Part shown: positions 1-11,959 of the stretch, piece by piece
Position numbering within the stretch: the first letter of the stretch is position 1
Layout of the letters: the number at the start of each line of letters is the position of its first letter
NCBI GenBank assembly: GCA_964016885.1
Contig: OZ024750.1
Coordinates: 15,934,001 to 15,998,000, forward strand
Direction: 5' to 3'
DNA from: Eledone cirrhosa
Lineage: Eukaryota
DNA: 64,000 nucleotides
Position numbers and translations under genes: made by a program
The notes under the pieces: generated by a model
What the model was told of the DNA's origin: nothing
Databases searched by the model: none
The model's input: only the letters and a program-made list of their open reading frames with translations

Positions 1-2928
1 GAAGTGCCAAATAGCTCTGGGAAATCCCTGCTGAAGTTTTCTGCTGTCTTAAATGAAAACAACAAACAGTCGAAACCACAGTCACATAGAATAGCAACAA
101 CCATAACAGCAACAGCCATAACAACAGCAACAACAACAACAACAACAACTGAAGCTGCTGCTACAGTAGCAGATCATACAACTCTGAAACCAACAGGAAG
201 TCATTCTGATGGTTTAACCAGTCAGGACAAAGCTGAGAATTATGGGAAATCTGCTATTGATAATAGTGACACAGATTCTGTTGAGACTATAACACAGCAG
301 AGTGAGTCTTTGACAGAAGACTCTCAGACAGATAGTAAAGAGGTACCACAAGATAATGACGAGACAGATAATGATAACAGTAATAATAATAACAATGAAG
401 ACGAAGATGATGATGGTATGTTTGGGTTGAAGATCTCCTCAGTTTTCTCTTTAGCTGAAGAACAGCCCCGGTCGAGTGAGGACAATGCTGCAGTTTCACA
501 ATTAGGGGGAAACTCTGGGTTTGTTAAATCAGCCCCAGACTCGAGTTTCTTCCCTGTTGAACAATTGCAAATGGATGGTTTGGTTGCAAATGAAAAGGTC
601 CCAAATGAATCTAAATTCCAAAAGGTTTTAATTAGCACTCCTCCATCAATGAGTTCAGTGTCAAGTCCTCGCACTGTTGTTCTGAGCATGAATAGTGAGG
701 CATTCACATCCCCCGCTCTGCAGCTGGCAATCCAAAATGCGCAGTTGAAGTTTGATAATGCCACAGATTCTGCTCGTCAAGGCACCTACAAAAAACACTC
801 CAGTCCTCATCAGAAAAAAGCCCAAGTTATAAAATCCTCACAAAAAATTGACCAAGATTTGGTGGATAGGAACTTAAATAACAGCAGTCTGCCCTCTGGT
901 TCTCAGAAGAGTAATTCCCAGAAAGAAAATGCTACACCAAAGAATTCCACCAAAACAGAAAAAACCGATGTGGATCATAAATATATTTCTGTTGACATCC
1001 GACGCCGCAATGGTCAGACTCAGGTTACTGCCATCACTAACCCAAACCTGAAGAAGGAATCTGCCAAGTCTATTGCAAATACCTTGGAAAGTGTATCCTC
1101 CATCACTTCAACTATTTTTACTACAACTACTACATCTACCACCACTACTACTACTGCTACTGCTAATAATCAAACCCAAACAAACAACCCCACTCGTCTT
1201 GCAGATGAGCTTCAGTGTGCTGCCCACTCGTTACCTATGGGTAAATATGTTTTCATCCCATTACCTGACAAGACGGTGGCAATTCCCTCTGATGGGAGCA
1301 AAACCAGTAGATCTGCCTACATTTTTGAAAAGAGTTTCAGTCAAAATTGTATGCAAGTTAAAATACCAAAAACTTTTCTTGCAACTTCTAAAGAATCTTC
1401 ATCATCATTACCATTACCAAACACTAATAACGGCTCACAGATGGTTTACCAGGCAAACAATGCCTCAAAGTCTTTGAACGAAGTTCTAACTCCGTCTGGA
1501 GATCCACTTCCAAATTCTTCAAAAGAGACTGTACCAACTCTGGAAGCACCACCTATAGTTACTGGTAAAAGAATACGAAGGCCAAAAAAACACACGGGTT
1601 TCGAAGAAGACATTGACTTCATTCCTCCAGTCAGGAAATATCGAAAGAAATCAAAATCCGTTCTGAAAGAGAAAAAGAGCATGGTGGTTGCCAGTGATCA
1701 GTTGTATAATCCGAAGAAGATGAAGACTTATGTGTCGTCAGCAGAAAATACAAACTGTTTATATTACATGAAGGAAGGTAGCAATAAAATTCAGTTGCTA
1801 GATGCTAAGTCAGAACTGGCTACTGTACTGCGATCAACTGGTACCTCTCTGGAAATCTCTAAAGTTGATCCAATAAATGGTCATCGGTTGCTACCAGCTT
1901 GCTCGACAACTGCGTTACCAGCTGTGACTACTGGAGCAGCTAAATTAGTTTCCTCCGTTGGAAACCCAGTCGATCAGTCATTGTATCAGAGTTCGAATCA
2001 GTCAGGTCTGCGGATCGATAACGTCCTTTCCTTGCAACCCAATGCTGTTCATATCAAGTCTGAACCTATAACTTCAGGTTACGGTGATGAACCAGTGAAA
2101 AACCTCCCTCAGGCCTCCATTCTTCCATTAAATCCTCACATTGCTGTGCCCCTAGCAAGTGTGCCGCCCGAATCGACCCTTCCACTCACTCTGGTGCAGA
2201 ACATCAAAAAGGAACCAGTAAAATATGGTTACGAAGGAGACAGCCATCCTGATCCCCCAGTCACGTTGTTGACCCCCGTCACTGATCACACCCCCTCCTC
2301 CTCCTCCACCTCCCTACCGTCAGTCAAAGAAGAAAAAATTGGGTCTTGCACACAGAGAGATGTCGGTAGCTCAACCGATTGTTCTAAGTTATACAAGATG
2401 GACAAATTTGCAATGCCAGGCTCAAGTAGTAAAAGTAAACTAAACTGCAAGAAGAAAACTGTTGGTAAAAAGGCTTCTGTGAAGATCACGGGCTACCCTT
2501 TAGAAATGCATGCATCATCATCATCATCATCATCCTCATCATTGTCTTTGTCATCATCAACAGCTGAGGAACATTCATATCTCACCTCCTCCCCTTCCAT
2601 GCTTCGCCCCGCCCCTCTTCCGCCGCCACCACCACCTTCCATGCGTTCTCCATCTCCCTCCACCTCCACCAGTTGTTACTCACACCACTCCTCTTCAGCA
2701 TACAACAGTCTAGAGCTTGCAACAAGTGCCTCCTCCTCCGCCTCCTCCTCGTTCCTGTCCCCCGCCGCGGCCACCGCCTCCACCACATCCCTGGCCACCC
2801 TGTCTGCGTCTCTGTCTGGGGAGACACCCCAGGAGGAGAGAATCCGTCGCCTCAGGGAGATTCTGCGGGAGAAGGAACACAGTCTTGAGTTGATTCGACA
2901 GAACCTGTCTGTCTCTTCTACACTTTGA
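1..2928 (+). CDS. 3' terminal coding exon (5'-incomplete) of a large, low-complexity nuclear/chromatin protein with an LRIF1-like C-terminal coiled coil
   Basis: Stop-free frame from base 1 to TGA at 2926-2928 (~975 codons) in DNA otherwise lacking long ORFs. S/T/P-rich; basic NLS-like KRIRRPKK and RKYRKKSK; psi-K-x-E motifs IKSEP, IKKEP, VKEE; C-terminal EERIRRLREILREKEHSLELIR. Start and upstream exons lie outside the window. Confidence 0.85.
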   Translation, partial: EVPNSSGKSLLKFSAVLNENNKQSKPQSHRIATTITATAITTATTTTTTTEAAATVADHTTLKPTGSHSDGLTSQDKAENYGKSAIDNSDTDSVETITQQSESLTEDSQTDSKEVPQDNDETDNDNSNNNNNEDEDDDGMFGLKISSVFSLAEEQPRSSEDNAAVSQLGGNSGFVKSAPDSSFFPVEQLQMDGLVANEKVPNESKFQKVLISTPPSMSSVSSPRTVVLSMNSEAFTSPALQLAIQNAQLKFDNATDSARQGTYKKHSSPHQKKAQVIKSSQKIDQDLVDRNLNNSSLPSGSQKSNSQKENATPKNSTKTEKTDVDHKYISVDIRRRNGQTQVTAITNPNLKKESAKSIANTLESVSSITSTIFTTTTTSTTTTTTATANNQTQTNNPTRLADELQCAAHSLPMGKYVFIPLPDKTVAIPSDGSKTSRSAYIFEKSFSQNCMQVKIPKTFLATSKESSSSLPLPNTNNGSQMVYQANNASKSLNEVLTPSGDPLPNSSKETVPTLEAPPIVTGKRIRRPKKHTGFEEDIDFIPPVRKYRKKSKSVLKEKKSMVVASDQLYNPKKMKTYVSSAENTNCLYYMKEGSNKIQLLDAKSELATVLRSTGTSLEISKVDPINGHRLLPACSTTALPAVTTGAAKLVSSVGNPVDQSLYQSSNQSGLRIDNVLSLQPNAVHIKSEPITSGYGDEPVKNLPQASILPLNPHIAVPLASVPPESTLPLTLVQNIKKEPVKYGYEGDSHPDPPVTLLTPVTDHTPSSSSTSLPSVKEEKIGSCTQRDVGSSTDCSKLYKMDKFAMPGSSSKSKLNCKKKTVGKKASVKITGYPLEMHASSSSSSSSSLSLSSSTAEEHSYLTSSPSMLRPAPLPPPPPPSMRSPSPSTSTSCYSHHSSSAYNSLELATSASSSASSSFLSPAAATASTTSLATLSASLSGETPQEERIRRLREILREKEHSLELIRQNLSVSSTL

Positions 2929-3427
2929 CTTAACACAACGATACTCCTCTCATTATCGTTACCACCACCACCACTACTACTACTGCTGCTGTTACTGTTA
3001 CTACTACTACTACTACTACCAATACTACTACTACTACTACTACTACTACTACCACTACAACAAATATTACCACAACAACAACTACTACCACCACTATTAC
3101 ATTACATACATCATTTCTGCTTCTATCATCTCTTGCCATCTTCATTTCATTCTCACATCATGACTCTGAAAACATTTATCACTTCTGTTGTTTCTGTAAA
3201 TAATGATAATAATAATAATAACAACAACAACAACAACAATAATAATAATAATAATAATAATATGAATACCAACCTCCTGAATTCTTAACTATTTTACTAT
3301 TTTCTCGTTGTTTCGTTGTTCTTTGACGAATAGCTTGACAGTACTCTGTGATTAAATTTTTTTTTTTTTAAGCTTCTGTTTGAGAGAATTGCACATACCG
3401 ACACACTCATATCTGTGTGTGTATGTA

Positions 3428-3473
<46 letters not shown>

Positions 3474-3807
3474 GTTAAAAGTTTAACTGTACCAACTATA
3501 TATATATATAGAGGCATGTATATATATATATATATATTTTTTTTTTAAAAGCAAATATTTATTATAAGAACAGATTTAACTTTAATCTATATGTATGTAT
3601 ATGTATGTATATATATATGTATGTATATGTATGTATATATATATGTATGTATATATATATGTATGTATGTATATATATATGTATGTATGTATATATATAT
3701 GTATGTATGTATGTATATATATATATATGTGTGTCTATATATATGTATGTATGTATATATATATATGTATGTATATATGTAGATATATGTATATATAATA
3801 TATATCA

Positions 3808-4300
3808 TCATCACCTTTTAACGTCCATTTTTCATGCTAGCATGGGCTAGACGAGTTCTGTTGTGAGTAGGCCAGGTCAGGTGACCATGTTTTGCTCATA
3901 CAGAACTGATTTTGGCTTGGTTTCTACAGCTGGATGTTATTCCTAATGCCAACCACATTTATGGTGAGCACTGGGTGCTTCTTGTCATGACACCTGCACA
4001 ACCTATTTACAGTGTGGGCTGGGTGCTTTTTGTCAAGACACCTGCACGACCACTTTACAGTGAGGGCTGGGGATTTTGGTGGGAGTGTTGTGTGAGTATT
4101 AGGGCATGTGTTAGGGTGTGGCTGGTAAATGGAAGTGGGAGTTGAGGTGGTGTACACCAGATGTATGCTTCATAAGAGGTGTATGGAATATTGGGGTGGG
4201 GTGGATGTGAAGTTGGTGCATACTATATATATATGCTTCAACCTAGGCACATGGCAAAGCAGGTCTCTGTATTACTGCATAACGTCAGAGATCTCGGTCC
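3808..4300 (-). mobile_element. RTE LINE 3' UTR copy (reverse complement of ~12510-12965)
   Basis: Collinear reverse-complement similarity, e.g. gtgaagttggtg and tattactgcataac..cagagatctc versus gagatctctg..gttatgcagtaata and caccaacttcac; (CAT)n tail. Confidence 0.75.
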
Positions 4301-4541
4301 TGTATATTATACATTATGAACTTACCAGACAGAGGGTCGAGAAGACCCTTCAGCCGTGTCAAGGACATGGCAGACTCCCTAGTGGTTGCTATAGGGTGGG
4401 CATCCAACCATAGAAATCTTGACATACAGAGGGGTCGAGAGAACCCTCAGTTGTATCGAAGACATGACAACCACTCCCTTGCACTCAGTGGAGCGTAGAC
4501 TGTACATGAAACGAGACGTAGATCCCTGGCCTGCCTGGAAG

Positions 4542-4586
<45 letters not shown>

Positions 4587-4589
<3 letters not shown>

Positions 4590-5078
4590 TTATGTTAGGC
4601 TGTTTACCATTGGGTAGAACTGGTGGTTCAGGTTGGTAAACGATGGTGCAAGAAATTAATTAAAGCACTCAACGGTATGTAAATCATCCATCGTAGATGT
4701 ACCCAGTGGTTGGTGCAGGAACGGAATAAAGTATTTATTAAAACAACAACAGAAGGCGGGACTGGAAAAAATTTACTTCAGAATTTTAATTCCACGAAAG
4801 CACTATACATATTTCAATAGCCCCAGCTTTATCACCCGATTATGATGAAAGACAAGGTGATTTCATCAGGTGTTATTTGCGGAAATATGTAACAGGATTA
4901 CATTAAACCCAGACATAGAATGGAAGATAGAAAATTTGATTCGGGGGACAGCCTGCCAATATAGTGTTATATTGATAGCAGACGATCCTTGGATAATAGA
5001 GCTAGGCCATCCAAATATGTATAGTGATTTCATGGAATTAAAATTTTGAAGTAAATTTTCCAGTCCGCTCTTCTGTTC

Positions 5079-5085
<7 letters not shown>
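4587..5085. mobile_element. (TA)n-embedded element with ~95-bp inverted arms
   Basis: Arms ~4737-4835 and ~4995-5085; the 5' segment 4587-4650 recurs inverted at ~60545-60622. Confidence 0.65.
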
Positions 5086-5110
<25 letters not shown>

Positions 5111-5289
5111 ATTGTTTCTACTTTTGGCACAAGGCCAACAATTACCCAGTGCATTATTACTGGTACTTTATTTTATCGACCCTGTAAAGATGAAAGGCAA
5201 AGATAACCTCGGCGGAATTTGAACTCAGACTGTAAAGGGATGTAACTAGGCTGGAAAGCATGGCAGTCGACCCTCTACCAATACCGCCC

Positions 5290-5324
<35 letters not shown>

Positions 5325-6579
5325 AAGGTATATATTGAGTTAGAAACTCAAAATAGTCTCTTACAATTAAATAGCTCAAAGAAAGGTTTTTCTGAGCCGT
5401 GTAATATATCATCATCATCGTTTTACGTCTGCTTTTCCCTGCTTGCAAGGGTGGGACGAATATAACTGAATATAAAAGAGATAAACACAGATAATTTGAA
5501 CACGTATGTTTATATCTGTGTTTATCTCTTTTATATTCAATTATATATGTCCGTGTATTACTTTATCTGACAGCTGGGGCAGTGCTATTATTGATGCAAA
5601 AAGGATTTTGTTACCGTTGTTTTTATTTGCGCTTTGCCTCGTGCTGTGGCTTCATCTGGGATCTTCGTCAGTAGAATGTTGCAATGTATCTTGAAAACAT
5701 CTACAAGTACACCATTTAAATCGCTCATTAAAAAGCTGGTGTCCCTTCACCTCCAGTCTATTGCAGTATGTGGTCATTATTCTTGTTGCAACGCATGGGA
5801 CCTTTGACACTACACTGTGGCCTCCTGTTCGTGGGCTGGTCCTGTCTTCAATGCCTAAGTTTGGTGCTAACCCCTTTCAGGATCTTCCATACGTATATAA
5901 CTGCATATCTGTGTTGTTTCCTTGAGCAAGACACTTTATTTCACATTGCTCCAGTTTACTCAGCTGTAGAAATGAGATGATAGGGACTGGGGTCCGTATC
6001 ATTCCACTGCAAAAAAGCACCCAGCACTCACTGTAAATGAGGTTGGTGTTAGGAAGGGCATCCAGCTGTAGAAATCAAGCCAGAATCAGTTCCCGTCCCA
6101 CCCTTGCAAGCAGGGAAAAAGTGGACGTAAAATGAAATGAATACACACACACACACATAAATACACTAGTACAGACATACATGAGGGAGTCCAAACAATA
6201 CCAATCTTCCTCAATGAAAGAATTAATAAGAATCAATTAGTCAGAACATAATAAAAATTATATTTGGGGAAAAGCAAACAAGATAAAGAAGAATCTACCT
6301 ATTTACTTGGAACGTTTCTACTGCAGTTTCATTGAGTCAACCTCAGCACTGAGTCCTGTGAAAACCTCATCTCAGGGAACATTTTTGAAACAAGAAAGAA
6401 TTCAAGTTATCCGCTACTAGCGATAATTTCGAATGGGAGAATTATCACGTGATTAACGTTCTTCAGAGGGGCAGCGGTTATGTGGACAATGGCAAGTGGA
6501 GCGGCTGCTAGAAGAAGCAGTCCGATTAGGCCAAATGTTTTTACTCGATGGAGTAATTAACAACTTTACTGAAGATATA

Positions 6580-6870
6580 TATATACATGGTGCCACACCA
6601 TCCAGGCCGAAACAAATGAGATCGTGTAGGTGTCACGACAAAAAAAAAACACACAGTCCACGCTGTAATGTGGCCGTGTAGGCAACACGGTAAAAACCTC
6701 CCAGACCCACACTGTAAATGTGGTTGGTGTTAGGAAGGGCATCCAACTGTAGAAAACCTGCCAGACAGTCCTATGCGAGCAAGACAATCACTCTTGCCTC
6801 AAGTGGGAAAACCCCCGTCCAAACCCATGCAAGCGTGGAACACGGACGTTAAACGATGATGATGATGACA
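6580..6870 (+). mobile_element. SINE/RTE 3' module, closely similar to 8028-8310
   Basis: Shared gtgtaggtgtcacgacaaaaaa...ggtgttaggaagggcatcc...cccatgcaagcgtggaa..ggacgttaaac.(gat)n. Confidence 0.8.
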
Positions 6871-9042
6871 CACACACACACACAAGTGTAGACATACATA
6901 TGAAGGAGTCTAACCGATACAATTATTTTGCTCTGACTAATTGATTCTTATTAATTCCTTCATTGCCAATGCTTTTCTGGTTGTGGCCATCTTCAAGACG
7001 GTTCTTCTTCTGCACTTTGCTGGAATTTGAATCAGGCGAAAATGTATATATTTTCGCCTATGTAGATATTTTGATTAGCCTCATTTGCATAGGAGCTGTA
7101 TAACTTGGCTCGGTTTCAAAGTAGAATTAAAATTGTCGCTCCGACATTGCTCTATACGTGTATATATGTATGTGAATTTCGTAATATCTAATGATATACA
7201 GTCTGTTTACGGATAAACATTTGGAAAGGCTTCTAGCTATGCATATTGAAAAGCTGACAGCTAGCGCCGTCTAGCGGATTCCAGCAACAGTAGGTTGTGG
7301 GCATATATATATATATATATAAAAAACAGCAAAATACCTGTTGATAACGTGATATTCCTTGTTCGATCTTTATGCTGAAAGCTTATAGTTTTAAGCAGGC
7401 AGTATTATTGATTTAGGTGTCATAGAAACCCTGCATTTGGATTTTACCATCAATTCCATTTGGGTCCAGGTCTGTTTTTATCATTTATTTTGTTTGACCT
7501 GTTTAGCTTGATTTGTTTTTTTGGCTTAGGTGGTTAATGCCTTCTTGACCACTTTTTCAGTTTGTGTGGCGTTTTAACATATTGTTTAGCTCTAGTTTTC
7601 TTAACTATTGCAGCATTTCTACCATTTTGCGTTTCGTTTCGCTTTTTCTACCAGCCGAAATACGATTCTCGCTGAATTTATATTTATATATATATGTAAG
7701 TTATTCCGGGTTGAATCGGAGGTAACCACAGTAAGTAAGGTACTCAATACATAGAGTATAAAAGTTTTAATATAGATGAGATTCTACAGGACTAGAACTC
7801 CTAGTCCTGTAGAATCTCATCTATATATATACACTTTGATGTTTATATATATATATACTTTGGGAGGGTCATGCGGCTAATAGAAACACAGCTGCTGGTT
7901 TTAACTTCAATTTATTAGAAATTTCATGGTGGGCAATATATTTGTGTACGTATATGTATGTATATTATGTACATATATATATATATATATATATATACCA
8001 CACCATCCCTTTCGATGTAAAGTTATGTTGGTGCCACAGCATCCAATCCGAAATAAATGAGGTCGTGTAGGTGTCACGACAAAAAAAAAAAAAAACAGTC
8101 CACGCTGTAATGTGGCCGTATAGGTAACACGGTAAAAACCCCAGTCCACACTGCAAACGTGGTTGGTGTTAGGAAGGGCATCCAGCCGTAAAAAACCCTC
8201 CAGACAGTCCTATACGAGCAAGACAACAAATTTTGTCTCAAGTGGGAAAATTCCCGTCCAAACCCATGCAAGCGTGGAAGATGGACGTTAAACAATGATG
8301 ATGATGATAATATATATATATATATGTAGGAAGCTGTCATTCCCTGACGTTATCTCTAGGGATACGGGAATCAGTAGACAGGACCTGGGGGACAGGGAAT
8401 TCTGGGGCATGAGAGTGATATCCATCATCTCGACAGTAGCCGACGAATGATGATGATATATATGTAGAACATCATACAAAATCACTGAAGGGTAGATCCC
8501 AATAAAGTGCTCTAAAAGAACACTTAACAAGCATCTTTCCTTAGGGACATTTTCAGTGAAGAAACCTAAAAATAGGAAGCCTGACTAAAATTCCGTTACT
8601 GAAGAATAAATTTGACCATTCCAATAGATTGATATGGCCATCATTAACAGAGAAGTTTTTCATCGGAGGGATTCTGTAAGGTAGAGGATCTCAAACCTTT
8701 TGAGCCACCGTCCCCCTCATGGCCGTGTAATACCCTCAGTCCCCTCCCCCTATTTCTAGAGAGACCTACCGACACGCAAATTGTAAATAATATATAAATA
8801 AAATCGTTTATATATATATAATTGTGTCTACTATAAGCACAAGGCCAGCAATTTTGGGAGAGGGAAAAAAAAAAAAATCGATTAAATCGACCCCTGCTTT
8901 ATGGTGATGTATTTTATCGACCCCGTAAGGATGAAAGACAAAGCTAACCTCGGTGGGATTTGGACTCAGCTCGTAAAGGGACGTAACCCTATGCTATACA
9001 GCATGTCCGATGCTTTACGATAATGCCATCTACCGCCCTTTT

Positions 9043-9250
9043 ATATATATATAAAACTAGAATTGTTCATATACTATGCACAAACGGTACAACGAAGAAT
9101 CTGGTATAGGTTGAAGATTTTTTTTACTATCACATAGACACCACGGACTCGCCTCATACTGTAACCAGACAAACATCCAATACAATCATTTTCTCTTTTA
9201 CCTGTCTTCTCTTATCTGTTTACCCGGGCGAAGCTGGGTACGTCAGCTAG
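9043..9250 (+). mobile_element. Short Helitron-like element
   Basis: 3' hairpin acccgggcgaagctgggt (9222-9239) ~10 nt before CTAG|T. Confidence 0.6.
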
Positions 9251-9801
9251 TATATATAATATATACTATGTATAAATAAATATATATTTTTTATTTTACT
9301 ATATTTATATATAATATGTATCATTTGTTATCTAATATACTGTTATATCATATGTATACGATACTCTAATAATTATTTTTACTTTTGGCACAAGGCCAGC
9401 AATTATTTCAGTGTATTACTGGTACTTTATTTTATCGACCCCGTAAGGATGAAAGGCAAAGTTGACCGTAAAGGGGCGTAACTCTATGCTGCAAAGCATG
9501 GCGTCCGACCCTCTACCGATACTGCCAATCCTTATACGATACTATAGTAATATACAATGGTTACGTAAATATCTGCTGATATTACGAGGGTTTCTGAACA
9601 TTGCGTATCTAAGATCTGCATTTGTGACGTTATGTTGCACGGGAACGATATCGTCCAGGAGTCAAGGTTTTTACTTTTATCTCTACCAAAACACAGCCAC
9701 CGTAGCTGCTATAATCTAAATTCAGCAGATTCATTGAGTGAGGAGCTAGACGTTGGCCGGAGACCATTGACTTTATATCAGCGATCTTCGTTACATTTAT
9801 A

Positions 9802-10408
9802 TCTATATATATAAAGTTGTAGTTCCTGTCTGTTTGTTCACGAACTCGTATGGTTTTGGAGATAGACCCCCCCCCCCCCCCATAACCATATATATTCTGA
9901 AACTACATTGCCCAGGGTACTTGGATAAGTATATTTCATTTTAATCAAAGGGTTCCCCGGGGGGGCACAAACGCCTGCTGAACATTTTTTTTTCCTTCGA
10001 TTTATATGAAATTTAAACCATAGGTAAATGACAAAATATGATGCCTATTCACAAAATTTCAGCAAATTTCAATAATATTAAGACACCCTAATGGGGGTTA
10101 AATCCCCTATAGTGAACATTTTGGAAGTGGAACCTCTATTATCACGGGGTTTTTCGATTAAACATAAATCAACAAAAAAAAAGCACCTCTCTTTTATAGT
10201 AAAATTTGGCTAATTTAGGCATTTTATCTATGGCAAAACATCACTAGACTAGAATTATGACAACAAAAAATATTAGTTAATGCCTCTACTTTTTTAACAT
10301 TTTCCCCATAAATTATATCACTGATTTAAAATCAATCATTTTCTTACAAAAAAAAAAAAAAAAAAAAAAAATGTGTGAAATGCAGCAAGCCGCGGGTAAT
10401 TCGGCTAG
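9802..10408 (+). mobile_element. Non-autonomous Helitron-like element
   Basis: A|TCTATATATATAAA start, ctgtctgtttgt subterminal microsatellite, GC-rich subterminal motif and CTAG|T end. Confidence 0.7.
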
Positions 10409-11959
10409 TATATATATATATTTGTGGTCAATTTTTCAAAACTGCTTTACAGAATTCAGTCAGTTTAACTCTTTCATGATTGTATTTTTAACTAATTCAA
10501 TTAATTAATTAAGAATTTTGAGGGATTTACTAAGATCACGAATTATTTCATTACTAAGATAGTAACTTAACATATGGTTCTTATATAAAATTATGTTGAA
10601 AGATTTTAACGTAAATAGGAACCCTTTAAAATAGGCAGTTTTATTTTATAGAACCAGAGCTGGTTTTGGCCCAGTTGGTATTAACAGTGTTAAATGATGT
10701 AAATAAAGCAATGGCGTTTCAATTGGAAAGAAAGAGGCGGTACATATAATGGTTTTTGATTTAGGCACAAGACCAATGGTTTTGGGGGAAGGTGAAGTCA
10801 TTTATATCGACCATTACTGCTGTTTTATTTTATTGACTCCCTAAGGATGAAAGGCAAAACTTACCTTGGCAGGAATTTGAACTCAGGACGTAACTACGCC
10901 ACAACGAATGTTGTCCAATGCTCTACCGATACTGCCAACCCCCACCTCCCCCAAATGATAATTGTTTCTACTTTTGGCACAAGGCCAGCAATTAACCCAG
11001 TGCATTACTGGTGTTTTATTTTATCAACACTGTAAGGATGAAAAGCAAAGTTAACCTCGGTGGGATTTGAAATCAGAATGTAAAGGGCCATAACTCTATG
11101 CCGCAAGGCATGGTGTCTGACGCTCTACCAATACTGTCAATCCAGGAATTGAACCAAGAAGAGACAGAAGCCCCTCCCTCCTGCCAAAATACAACAACAA
11201 CAACAACAACAAGAATGAAGACAACAACATCTTTTGTTCCCTGGTAAATTGGATAAAATGCCATGTTTTATTGACTGGACTACACTGGATAATCTGTGGT
11301 ATTATAACGCCACTGTAGCATTGGATTTTGAACCAACCATCACCAGTTCAAATATCAATTGCTTTCAACAGTTAAATAGCTGCTTTTTATTTTTCTTGTT
11401 TTCCTTTTTTTGTTTGTTTCTTACTCAACATCTGACAAAAAGTTTGCTGTGTCCTTCATTGTAAAGAACCAGCACACTTTAGTATATTTATATTATATCA
11501 TATTTATATGCCTGGTGTTTAGTTGACATAAACAGCCAGTGGTAATGATGACAACAACAACGATGATGATAATAATAATAATAATGATGATAATATCACT
11601 AAAGATAATAATAATAATAATGATGATGATGACTAAATTTTTATTTCTTAATGAATGTTAATCAAGGAAAAAAAAAAAATTGTAAAATATTCCCACAGAA
11701 TGGTAGAAGATTAAAGAGGTGATTGCCATATTACTTCAATAGCCAAAGTTAGGATTAGTAGTAGTTATAATGGTTGTATTGTACTACTGATAGAGGAGAC
11801 TTATGTTTAAAGGTATTCCAGCTACAACAAACCCTTCTGCATCAAGTACTATTCTGATTTGGGGCTTTCCCAGTCTTCGCACCACAGACACTCCATACAT
11901 ATACAGACTTACACAAACACACGTATATATATATATACATATATACACACATACACACA

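Noticed and set aside
324-764. Antisense ORFs overlapping gene 1 and the large PDE3 exon
   Set aside because: Shadow ORFs of real coding sequence with no independent signal.
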